A DNA stretch of 64,000 bases from the human T2T-CHM13v2.0 reference genome, Homo sapiens: NCBI RefSeq assembly GCF_009914755.1, contig NC_060946.1; one strand, 5' to 3'. Below the pieces are notes generated by a model. The model was not told the DNA's origin and did not search any database. It worked only from the letters and a program-made list of their open reading frames with translations. This document shows positions 1 to 11,400 of this stretch, piece after piece (positions within the stretch are counted from its first letter, which is position 1; each line of letters starts with the position of its first letter). The position numbers and the translations under genes are program-made.

Positions 1-274
1 TGGAGTGGGGTGGAGGGAAGTGCAGTGGAATGGAGCGGAATGGATTGGGATGGAATGGAATGCAGTGGAGTGGAGTGTAGTTGAGTGGAGAGGAGTGGAA
101 TGTAGTGGAATGGAATCGGATGTAATGGAATGTAGAGGAGTGGAGTGGAGTGGAGTTGAACGGAGTGGAATGGAAGGGAAAGGAATGGAATGGAATGGAT
201 GTAAAGGAAAGGAATGGAATGCAATTTAATGTAATGGAATAGAATGCAATGAAATGGAAAGTTGACATGTAATA

Positions 275-337
275 TGAGCTGAGATAGTGCCACTGCACTC
301 AAGCCTGGGTGACACAGTGACATACAGTGGAAAAGAA
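275..337 (+). mobile_element. Alu right-arm 3' fragment (type A)
   Basis: TGAGCTGAGATAGTGCCACTGCACTCAAGCCTGGGTGACACAGTGA matches the Alu 3' end GTGAGCCGAGATCGCGCCACTGCACTCCAGCCTGGGCGACAGAGCGAGA after CpG decay. Confidence 0.9.
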
Positions 338-520
338 GCTATGGAATGCAATGGAGTGAAATGTTATGGAATTGAATGGAATTGAGAGGAGGGGAATGGA
401 GTTTAGTGCAATGGAGTCAACTGGAATGGGATGGAGTGGAATGGAGTGGAGTGGAGTGAAATAGAGAGGAATGGAATGGGATGGAATGGAATGGAATGGA
501 ATTGAATGGTGAAAAGAAAT

Positions 521-584
521 GTGAGCTGAGATTGTGCCACTGCACTCCAGCCTCTGTGACAGAGTGAGATCCTTTGGAAAGAAA
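521..584 (+). mobile_element. Alu right-arm 3' fragment (type B)
   Basis: GTGAGCTGAGATTGTGCCACTGCACTCCAGCCTCTGTGACAGAGTGAGATCC followed by AAAGAAA. Confidence 0.93.
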
Positions 585-897
585 GGAAAGGAATGGTATG
601 GAATGGAATGGAATGGAATGGAGTGGAGTGGAGTGGAGAGGAGTGGAGTGGAGAGGAGTGGAGTGGAGAGGAGTGGAGTGGAATGGATTGGAGTGGAATG
701 GAATGGAGTGGAGTGGAATGGAATGGAGTGGAATGGAATGGAATGGAGTGGAGTGGAATGGAATGGAATGGAGTGGAATGGAATGGAATGGAGTGGAATG
801 GAATGTAATGGAGTGGGATGGAATGCAATGGAAATGAATGCAATGGAATGAAACGGAATGGAACGGAATGGAATGGAATGGAATGGTGAAAAGAAAT

Positions 898-961
898 GTG
901 TGCTGAGATTGTGCCACTGCGCTACACCCTGTGTGAGAGAGGGAGATCTTGTCAAAAGAAA
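898..961 (+). mobile_element. Alu right-arm 3' fragment (type C)
   Basis: GTGTGCTGAGATTGTGCCACTGCGCTACACCCTGTGTGAGAGAGGGAGATCTTGTCAAAAGAAA. Confidence 0.85.
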
Positions 962-1085
962 GTAGTGGAATGGAAGGGATTGGAATTGCACGGAATGGAA
1001 TAGGTTGGAGTGGAGTGGAGTGGAATTCAGTGGATAGGAGTGGAGTGCAGTGGAATGGAAAGGAATGGAATGGTGAAATGAAAAA

Positions 1086-1148
1086 TGGGTTGAGATTGTG
1101 CCACTGCACTCCTGCCTGAGTGACAGAGTGAGATCCTCTCAAATGAAA
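1086..1148 (+). mobile_element. Alu right-arm 3' fragment (type D)
   Basis: TGGGTTGAGATTGTGCCACTGCACTCCTGCCTGAGTGACAGAGTGAGATCCTCTCAAA. Confidence 0.92.
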
Positions 1149-1366
1149 GGAATGTAATCTAATGGAGTGGAATGCAATAGAATGGAGTGGAGTAGAGTGG
1201 ATTGGAGAGGAAAGGAGTGCAATGGAATGGGATGGAAAGGAAAGGAGTGGAGTGGAATGGAATGGAATGGAGTGGAGTGAAGTGGAATGGATTGCAATGG
1301 AGTGGAGTGGAGTAGAGCAGAATGGAACTGAATGGAACGGAATTGAATGGAATGGTGAAATTAAAT

Positions 1367-1430
1367 GTCAGCTGAGATTGTGCCACTGCTCTCCGGGCTG
1401 GGTGATGGAGTGAGATACTCTCGAAAGAAA
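1367..1430 (+). mobile_element. Alu right-arm 3' fragment (type E)
   Basis: GTCAGCTGAGATTGTGCCACTGCTCTCCGGGCTGGGTGATGGAGTGAGATACTCTCGAAAGAAA. Confidence 0.88.
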
Positions 1431-1858
1431 GGAATGGAATGGAATGCAATGCAGTGGAATGGAATGGAATGGAATGGAATGGAATGGAGTGGACTGGAGT
1501 GGATTGGAGTGGAGTGAAGTGGAGTGGAGTGGAATGGAGAGGAATGCAATGGGATGGAATGGAATGGAATGAAGTGGAGTGGAGTGGGGAGGAGTGGAGT
1601 CCAGTGGAATGGAGCAGAATGGAATGGGATGGAGTGGAATGGAGTGGTGTAGAGAGAAGGGGAGTGGAGAGGAGTGGAATGGAGTGGAATGGAATTGGAT
1701 GTGACGGAATGCAGTGGAGTGGAGTGGTGTGGAATGGGATGGAATGTTGTGGAGTGGAGTGGAGTGGAACGGAATGGAATGGAATAGAATGGAATACAAT
1801 GGAATTCAATGGAATGCAATGGAATAGAATGCAATGAAATGGAATGTTGTCATGCAAT

Positions 1859-1922
1859 GTGAGCAGAGACTGTGCCACTGCTCTCCAGCCTGAGTGACAC
1901 AGTGATATAGTGTCGAAAGAAA
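1859..1922 (+). mobile_element. Alu right-arm 3' fragment (type A, second unit)
   Basis: GTGAGCAGAGACTGTGCCACTGCTCTCCAGCCTGAGTGACACAGTGATA. It shares GACACAGTGA and the upstream AATAGAATGCAATGAAATGGAAnGTTGnCATG flank with 275-337. Confidence 0.88.
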
Positions 1923-2445
1923 GGAATGGAATGCAATGGAGTGAAATGGAATGGAATGAAAAGGAGAGCAGTGAAGTGGAGTGGAGTGGAGCGGAGTGGA
2001 GTGGAGTGGACTGCAATGGAATGGAATGGAGTGGAGTGGAATGGAATGGTAAGGAATGGAATGGAAAGGAATTGAGTGGAGTGGAATGGAAGGGAGAGGA
2101 ATTGAGTGGAGTGGAGTGGAATGCAATCGAATGGAATGTAATGGAAGGGAATGGAATGGAGTGGAAGGGAATGGAATGGAGTGGAATGGAATGAAATGGA
2201 ATGGAGTGGAGTGGAATGGAGTGAAGTGGAGTGGAATGGAGTGGACAGGAGTGGAGTGGAATGGAATGGAGTGGAATGAAATGGAATGGAGTGGAATGGA
2301 GTGGAAAAGAGTGGAATGGAATGTGGTGGAATAAAATGGAGTGGAGTGGACTGGAGTAGATTGAAATGGAATGCAGAGGAATGGAATGAAGTGGAATGGA
2401 ATGGAATGGAATGGAATGGAATGGAATGAAATGGTGAAAAGGAAT

Positions 2446-2508
2446 GAGTGCTGAGATTGTGCCACGTGCTACAGCCTGTGTGACACAGGGAGATCCTGTC
2501 GAAAGAAA
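2446..2508 (+). mobile_element. Alu right-arm 3' fragment (type C, second unit)
   Basis: GAGTGCTGAGATTGTGCCACGTGCTACAGCCTGTGTGACACAGGGAGATCCTGTCGAAAGAAA. It shares GTGCTGAG, GCTACA, CCTGTG and GGGAGAT with 898-961. Confidence 0.86.
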
Positions 2509-2631
2509 GGAGTGGAATGGAAGAGATTGGAATGGAATGGAGTGGAATGGATTGGAGTGGAGTGGAGTAGAATTCAGTGGAGTGGAGTGCAGTGGAATAG
2601 AATGGAATGGAATGAAATGCTGAAGTAAAAC

Positions 2632-2694
2632 GTGAGATGAGATTGTGCCACTGCACACAGCCTTGGTGACAGAGTGAGATCCTGTCAAAAGAAA
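2632..2694 (+). mobile_element. Alu right-arm 3' fragment (type D, second unit)
   Basis: GTGAGATGAGATTGTGCCACTGCACACAGCCTTGGTGACAGAGTGAGATCCTGTCAAAAGAAA. Confidence 0.9.
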
Positions 2695-2912
2695 GGAATG
2701 GAAAGGAAACGAGTGGAATGGAATGGAATGGAGTGGAATGGAATGGAGTGGGGTGGATTGGAGTGGAGTGGAAAGGAGTGGAATGAAATGGGATGGAATG
2801 GAAAGGAGTGGAGTGGAATGGACTGGAGTGGAGTGGAGTGGAATGGATTGGAGTGGAGTGGAGTAGAGTGGAATAGAGTGGAATGGAATGCAATGGAATG
2901 GTGAAATGAAAT

Positions 2913-2976
2913 GTGAGCTGAGATTCTGCCACTGCACTGCAGGCTGGGTGATAGAGTGAGATACTTTCGAAACAAA
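2913..2976 (+). mobile_element. Alu right-arm 3' fragment (type E, second unit)
   Basis: GTGAGCTGAGATTCTGCCACTGCACTGCAGGCTGGGTGATAGAGTGAGATACT. It shares GGCTGGGTGAT and GAGATACT with 1367-1430. Confidence 0.9.
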
Positions 2977-5900
2977 GGAAAAGAACAGAATGCAGTGGAA
3001 TGGAATGGAATCGAATGGAGTGGACTGAAGTGGAGAGGAGTGGGGTGAATTAGAGTTGACTGGAATGGAGACAAATGGAATGAGATGGAACGGAATGCAA
3101 TGGAATGGAATGAAGTGGAGATGAGTTGTGTGGAGAAGATTGTCGTTGAATGGAGCAGAATGGAAGGGGATGGAGTGGAATGGAGTGCTGTGGAGTGCAG
3201 TGCAGAGGAGAGGAGTGCAATGGCATGGAATGGAGTTGGATACAATGGAATTTAGTGTAGTGGAGCGGAGTAAAGTAGAACGGAGTGGTATGGAATGGAG
3301 TGGAATAGAATAGAATGGATTCGAATGGAATGGACGGGAATGGAATGGAATGGAATGGACTCGAATGGAATGGAATCGAATGAAATGGAATCTAATGAAA
3401 GGTAATCAAATGGAATGGAATCAAATTGAATGGAACGGAATGGAACGGTCTCGAATGCAACAGAATCAAATGGAATAGAATCGAGTGGAATGGAATGGAC
3501 TCGAATGGATAGGAATGGAAACGAAAGGAATGGAAACGGAATGGATTCGAAAGGAATGGACTGGAATGGAATGCAATCGAATGGAATGGAATCCAACAGA
3601 ATGGAATCAAATGGAATGGAATGGATTCGAATGGACTGGACAGGAATGGAATGGTCCTGAAAGGAAAGGAATGGAATGGAAAAGAAGGGAATGGAATGGA
3701 GTGGAATGGAATGGAATAGAATTTAATGGAATGGAACGGACTCGAATGAAATGGCCTGGAGTGGAATGGAATCGAATGGAATAGAATTGACTGAAATGGA
3801 ATGGAAAGGAATGGAATAGAATTTAATGGAATAGAATGGATTGGAAAGGAATGGAATCGAATCGAATCAAATCAAATGGAATGGAATAGAATGGAAGGGA
3901 AGGGAATGGAAAGGAATAGAATGGAATAGATTCAAATGGAATGGAATGGAATAGAATGGAATGGATTCAAATGGAATGGAATAGAAATGAATGTAACACA
4001 ATGGAACGGAATGGAATCTAATAGCATGGAATGGAACGGAATGGAATGGAATGGAATAGATTTGAAAGGAATGGAATGGACTGGACTCAAAAGGAATGGA
4101 CTGGAATGGCATGGAATTGAATGGTATGGAATGGAATGGAATGGAATTGAATGGAATGGATTTGAAAGGAATGGAATGGAAAGGAAAGGAATGGAACAGA
4201 CTGGAATGGAATGGACTGGAATGAATTGGAATTGAATGGAATGGAATGGAAATGAGTGGAATGCAATGGAATGGACTGGAATGGAATGGAATGGAATGGA
4301 CTGTAATGGAATGGAGTATAATAGAACGGCCCCAAATGGAATCTAATCGAATGGAATGGAATGGAATGGAATCAAATGGAATGGAAAGGAATAGAATGGA
4401 ATCGAATGGAATGGACTCGAATGAAATGTACTGGAATGGAATGGACTCGAATGGAATGGACTGGAATGGAATGTATTCAAAGAGAATGGAATTGAATGGA
4501 ATGGACACGAATGCAATAAAATGGAATGGAATGGACACGAATAGAATGGATTCTAATAGAATGGACTGGAATGGAATGGATTAAATTGGATGGACTCGAA
4601 TGGAATGTAATCGAATGGAATGGAATCGAATGGGACAGAATCGAATGGAATAGAATCGAATGGAAAGGAATCGAATGGAATGGACTGGAAGGAAATGGAA
4701 TTGATAAGAATGGACTCGAATGGAATGGACTCAAAAGGAAAGGAATTGAATGAAATGGAATTGAATGGAATGGAATCGAATTTAATGGAATGGAATCGAA
4801 TGGAATGCAATGGAATGGAATGGAATCGACTGGAATAGAATCTACTAGAATGGAATGGAATGGAATGGAATGGAATGGATTCGATTGGAGTGGACAGGAA
4901 GGGAATGGACTAGAATGGAATGAACTCAAAAAGAAAGAAATGGAATGGAATGGAATAGAACAGAATGTAATGGGATCGAATGGAATGGAATGGAATGAAA
5001 TGCAATCAAACGGAATGCAATAGAATGGAAAGGAATGGAATGGAATAGAAACGAATGGAATGGAATTGAGTGAAATGGATTCTAATGTAATAGAATTGAA
5101 TTGATTGGGATGCAATGGAATGGAAAGGACTCGAATGTAGTAGACTGGAATGGAATGGACTCGAATGAAATGGACTGGAAGGGAATGAGCTCGATTGGAA
5201 TGCAAACGAATGGAATAGAATCGAATGTAATGAAATCAAATGGAATGAATTGAATGGAATGAAACCGAATGGAATGCACTGGAATGGAATGGACTCGAAT
5301 TGAAAGGAATCGAATATAATGGAATGGAACGGAATGAAAAGTAACGGAATGGAATGGAATCAAATAGAATGGACTCGAATGCAATGCACTGGAATTGAAT
5401 GGAATCGAGTGGAATGGACTTGAATGGAATGGCGTCTAATGCAATGGAATGGACTGCAAAAGAATCGAGTTGAATGGAATTATTGGAATGGAGTTGAATG
5501 GAATGGATTGGAAAGGAATTGAATCAAATGGAATGGAATCGATTGGAATGGACTAGAATGGAATGGACACTAAAGGAATGGAATGAAATGGAATGGTCTT
5601 GAATGGAATGGAATGGAATGGAATGGAATGGAAAGGGCTCGAATGGAATGGAACCCAAAGGACTGGCATCGAATGCAATGGAATCTAATGGAATGGAATC
5701 CAATGTAATAGACCGGATTGGAATGAACTCAGATGCAATTGACTGCGAAGGAAAGGTCTCGAATGGAATGTAACGGAATGCGACGTACTCAAATGGAATG
5801 GACTCGAATGGAAAGGAATGGAATGGAATGGAATGGAATGGAATGGAATGGAATCAAATGGAATCGGTTGGAATAGCATGGATTTGAACCAAATGGAATG

Positions 5901-6279
5901 AAATGGAATGGTCTTGAAAGTAATGGGCAGGAATGGAATGGAACCGAATGGAATGGAATGAATTGGAAAGGAATGGATTGGACTCGAATTTAATGGGCAG
6001 GAATGGAATGGAACAGAATGGAATGGAATGAATTGGAATGGAATGGATTGGACACGAATGTAATTGACTGCAATGGAATGGACTCGAATGGAATGGAATC
6101 AAAAGAAATGGAATAGAATGGAATGGAATGGAACTGAATGTATCAGACTGGAATGGAATGGACTCGAATGTTATGGACTTGAATGGAATGGACTGGAATG
6201 GAATGGAATGGAATCAAATGGAATGGAATCGAATGGAATGGACTGGAATGCAATGGAAATGAATGGACTGGACTGGAAT

Positions 6280-6294
6280 GGAATGTTCTAGAAT
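6280..6294. promoter_or_regulatory. Perfect three-unit heat-shock element match (nGAAnnTTCnnGAAn)
   Basis: gGAATGTTCTAGAAt. Motif match only; binding not shown. Confidence 0.4.
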
Positions 6295-6869
6295 AAAATG
6301 TCATCGAATGAAATGTAACGTACTGGAACGGAATGTATTCCAATGAAATGGCCTGGAAAGGAATTAACTCGAACGTAACTGACTTGAATGGAATGCAATT
6401 GAATGGCAAGGAATAGAATGTAATGGAATGGAATGGAATGGAATGGAATGAAATGGAATGGAATGGAATGGAAAGGAATGGAATGGAATAGAAGAGAATA
6501 GAATGGAATGGAATCGAATGGAGTGGACTATAATGGAATGGATTGGAATGGAATGGATTCAAATGGAATGGAATCGAATGGAGTGGATTTGAATGGAATG
6601 GACTTGAGTGGCATAGATTCAAATGGAATGGACTGGAATGGAATGCCTTTGAATGGAATGGAATAGAATGGGATGGAATCGAATGGAATGGAATCGAATT
6701 GAGTGGACTCAAATGGAATGGACTCGAATGTAATGGACTCGAATGGAATGGAATCTAAATGAATGGAATGGAATCAAAAGGAATGGAATCGCAAGGAATG
6801 GAATGGATTGGAATGGAATCGAGTGGAATGGATTGGAATGAAATGTACTGGAATGGAATGGACTGAAAG

Positions 6870-6884
6870 GGAACATTCTCGAAT
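6870..6884. promoter_or_regulatory. Perfect three-unit heat-shock element match (nGAAnnTTCnnGAAn)
   Basis: gGAACATTCTCGAAt. Motif match only; binding not shown. Confidence 0.4.
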
Positions 6885-8199
6885 GGAATGGAATAGAAAG
6901 GAATGGACTCGAATGGAATTGAAACAACTGGAATGGAATCTAGTGGAATGGAATGGAATGGAATGGAGTGGAATGGACAGGAATGGAATGGATTCGAATA
7001 GAATGAACATGAATGGAATGGATTCAAATGGGATGGACTCGAATGGAATGCATTTGAATGGAATGGAATTGAATGGAATGGAATCAGATGGAATGGACTG
7101 GAATTGAATGGATTCATACGGAGTGGACTCGAATGGAATGGACTCGAAATGAAAGGAATCCATTGTAATGGAACAGAACGGTATGGAAACGACTTGAATG
7201 GAAAGGATTCAAATGGAATGCAATGGAATGGAATGAAATGGAATGGAATCAAAAGGAATGGAATCGAGTGGAAGTCTTGAATGGAATGGAATCTAATGGA
7301 ATGGAATGGAATGGAATGGACTCCAATGGAATGCACTGGAATAGAATGGACTCGAAAGGAAAGGACTCGAATAGAAAGGACAAAAAGGAAAGGAATCAAA
7401 AGGAATGGAATCGATGGCAATAGAAACGAATGGAATGGAATAGAAAGGAATGCAAACGAATGGAATGGTATGGAATGGAACGGAATGGAATCAAATGGAA
7501 AGTAATTGAGTGGAATGTAGATGAAAGGATAAGAATCTAATGGAATGGAATCTAATGCAATGGAATCGGACAGAATGGAACGGAATGGAATAGAATGGAA
7601 TGAAATGGAATGGAATCAAATGTAATGGACCGGAATTGAGTGGACCCGAATGGAATGGATTGGAATGGAATGAACTCAAATGGAATGCAATAGAATGGAA
7701 TGGAATCGAATGTAATGGAATCAAATGGAATGGAATTGAATAGAATGGAATCGAATGGAATAGACGAATAGAATCGACTCGAATGGATTGGAATCAAATA
7801 TAATAGAATGTAATTTAATGGAATGGAAAGGAATGGAATCAAATGGAATGAACTCGAATGGAATGGACTGGAATTGAATGGACTCGAATGGAATGGACTT
7901 GAAAGGAATGGAATCTAATGGAATGGAAACAAATTGAATGGAATCGATTGGAATGGACTGGAAAGGAATGGACTGGAAAGGAATGGAATGGAATGGAATC
8001 CAAAGGAATGGAATGGAATGTAACAGAATTGAATGTAACAGAATAGAATGGAATGAAATCAAATGAAAAGGGATCAAATGGAATGGAATCATATGGAGTG
8101 GAATCAAATTAAATGGAATGGAATCGAATGGAATGGAATCAAATGGAATGGAATCAAATTGAAAGGAGTCGAATGGCACGGAATGGAATCGAATGGATT

Positions 8200-8480
8200 G
8201 CAGTGAAGTGGAGTGGAGTGGAATGGACTGGGATGGAATGGAATTGAATGTAGAGGACGGGAGTGGAGTTGAATGGACTCAAATGGAATGGAAGGGGAAG
8301 GAATGGAATTGAACGGAATGGAGTATAATGGAGTGGAGTGGAATGTAATGCAATGGAATGGAATGGAATGGAATAGAATGGAATGGAGTTAATGGATTGC
8401 AAAGGAGTGGAATGGAAGGAAGTGGAGTTGGATGGAATGGAGTATAGTGGAGTGGAGTGGAGTGGAATGGAATGGAATGG
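8200..8480 (+). repeat. GGAGT-rich island inside the CpG-type domain
   Basis: Local run of GGAGT/GCAGT units with loss of TCGA. Confidence 0.7.
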
Positions 8481-11400
8481 ACTCCAAAGGACTGGAGTCA
8501 AATGAAATGTAATTGAAAGCAATGGAATGGAACGGAATGGAACGGACTCCAAAGGACTGGAGTCGAACGGAATGGAATTGAATGCAAAGGAATGGAATGG
8601 AATGGAATGGAACGGAATGCAATTAAATGAAATGGAAAGGAACGCAATGGAATGGAATGGAGTGGAATGCAATGGAATCAAATTGAATGGAATGGAATCG
8701 AACAGAATGGAATGGAATGGAATGAAATGCAATAGAAAGGACTGGAATAGAATGGAATGGAATGGAATCGAATCGAATTTAATGGAATCAATTAGAATGG
8801 GACCGAATAGAGTGGAATGGAATGGTGTGGAATGGACTAGAATGGAATGGAATGGAAAGGAAAGGGCTCGAATGGAATGGACCCGAATGGAATGGAATCA
8901 AATGCAATGGAATGCAAAGGAACAGAAGAGAATGGAATGGAAGGTAATGGACTCTAATGTAATGGAATGCAATGCTATGGACTCGAATGGAATGGATTCA
9001 AATGGAATGGACTCGAAAGGAATGGACTCGAATGGAATGGATTCTAATGGAAAGGAATTGAATGAAATGGACTGGAAGGGATCGGTTTCGCACGGAATGG
9101 AATGGAATAGAATGGAATGGAATCGAATGGAATGGACTGAAATGGAATGGACTCGAATGGAATGGACTCCAATGGAATGGACTTGAAAGGAATGCAATCG
9201 AATGGAATGGAATCGAACGGAATGGATTCGAAGGGAATGAAATGCAATCAAATGGAATGGAATCAAACGGAGTGGAATGGAATGGAATGGACTCGAATGT
9301 AAAGGACTGGAACGGAAAGGACTGGAATCAAATGGACTCACATGGAATGGAGTCAAATGGAATGCAATCAAATAGAATATAACAAAATGGAATGGAATGG
9401 AATCGAATGGAATGGAATATATTCGAATATAAAGGACTGGAATGGAATGTACTTTAATGAAATGGACTTGAATGAAAAGGATTTGTATGGAATGCACTCA
9501 AATGGAATGGAATTAAACAAAATGGACTCGAATGGAATGCAGTCGATTAGAATGGAATCGAATGGGGTGGAATCTAATGGAATGGACTGCAATGGAATGG
9601 ACTCCAAAGAATGGACTCGAATGGAATAGACTCGAATGTAACGTAATGTAATGAAATCGTAAAAAATGGGATGGACTCGATTGTAATGGATTGTAATGTA
9701 ATAGACTAGCATGGAATGGACTCCAATGGAATGGAACAAAATGGAATGGAAAGGATTGGAATGTACTCGAATTTAAATGACTAGAAAGGAATGGACTTGA
9801 ATGGAATTGACTCGAATGGAATACAGTCGAATGGAATGGAATGCAATGGAAAGGAAAGGAGTGGAATGGAATGGACAGTAATCGAATGGACTTGAAAGGA
9901 AGGGACTCGAATGGAATGTACTCGAATGGAATGCAATCGAATGGAATGGAATCGAATGGAATGGAATCAAAAGGAATGGACTGGAATGAAATAGAATGGA
10001 ATGGAATGGACTCGATTGGAATGGACTGGAATGGAATAGACTCAAAAGGAATGGACTCAAATGGAATGCAATCGACTGCAATGGAACTGAATGGAGTGGA
10101 ATCGAACGGAATGGTATTGAATGGAATGGACTCTAATGGAATGCAATAGAATCGAAAGGACACTAATGGAATGAACTGGAATGGACCGGTCTCGAATGGA
10201 ATGGAAAGGAATGGAATGGACTGGAACGGAATCTAATGGAATGGACTCGAATAGAATGGACTCGAATTGAAAGGATTCGAATGGAATGGACGCGAATGGT
10301 CTGGAATTCAATCGAATCGAATGTAATGGTCTCTAATGGATTGGTCACGAATGGAATGGAATCAAATGGAACGGAATCAAATGAAATGGACTCGAATGAA
10401 ATGTAATCGAATGGAATGGAATCAAATAGAATGGAATAGAATGGAATGGACTTAAATTTAATGGATTGGAATGGAACAGTCTGGAATGGAATGGAATTGA
10501 ATGGAATGGAATGGAGTATAACGGAATGAAATGGAATGGAATCGAATAGAATGGAAAGGAATGGAATGGAATGGAATCGAATGCAATGTAAAGGCATGGA
10601 ATGGCACACAACGGAACGGAATTGAAAGGAATAGAATCTAATGGAATGGAATGGAATTGATTCCAATGGAATGGACTGGAATGGAATAGAATGGAAGGGA
10701 ATTTATTCACATGGAATGGGCTGGAATGGAATTGAGTGGAATGGAATGGACTACAAGGGAAAGAACATGAATGGAATGGAATTCAATAGAATGGAATCGA
10801 ATGGAATGGAAGGGTATGGAATGAAATATAATGCAGTCGAATGGAATGGAATGGATTGGAAAGGAACGGAATGGAATGGAATAGAATCGAATGGAATGGA
10901 CTGTAACAGATTCGACTGGAAAGGAATGGAGTCCTATGGAACGGATTCAAATGGAATGGATTCGCATCGAATGGATACGAGTGGTCTGGAATGGAATGGA
11001 CTCGAATGCAATGGTCTCCAATAGAATGGACTCGAATGGAATGCAATTGAATGGAAAGGAATAAAATTTAATGGAATCGAATGGAATGGAATCGAATGGA
11101 ATGGAATCTAGTGGAATGGAATAGAATCGATACGACCCGAATGGAATGAACTGGAATAGAACGGTCTCCAATGGAATGGAATCGGGTGGAATGGAATCGA
11201 TTGGAATGGAAAGAAAATGAAAAGAATGGAAAGCAATAGAATGAAAAGGAATGGAATGAAATGGAGTCAATCGAATTGACTAGAATGGAATGGAATGTAC
11301 ATGAAAGTAATGAACTGGAATGGAATGGAGTTGATTCGAATTGTGTCTAACGGAATGGAATCGAAATGAATGGAATCCAATGGAATGCAATCACAAGGAT

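Larger units (their letters stand above)
1..3310 (+). repeat. Domain 1: GGAAT/GGAGT satellite with Alu 3' fragments, ~1.55-kb higher-order repeat (about 2 units visible)
   Basis: Nine Alu fragments. Matching fragment types are offset by 1585, 1548, 1547 and 1546 bp, and flanking variants are also shared. Confidence 0.9.

Noticed and set aside
275-2976. CRISPR-like array (conserved repeats separated by spacers)
   Set aside because: The repeats are ~63-bp diverged Alu 3' ends, the spacers are variable-length satellite, and there are no cas genes.
275-2976. Active or full-length Alu elements, or Pol III RNA genes
   Set aside because: Only the terminal ~60 bp of the right arm is present. The left-arm A and B boxes are absent and no target-site duplications are evident.
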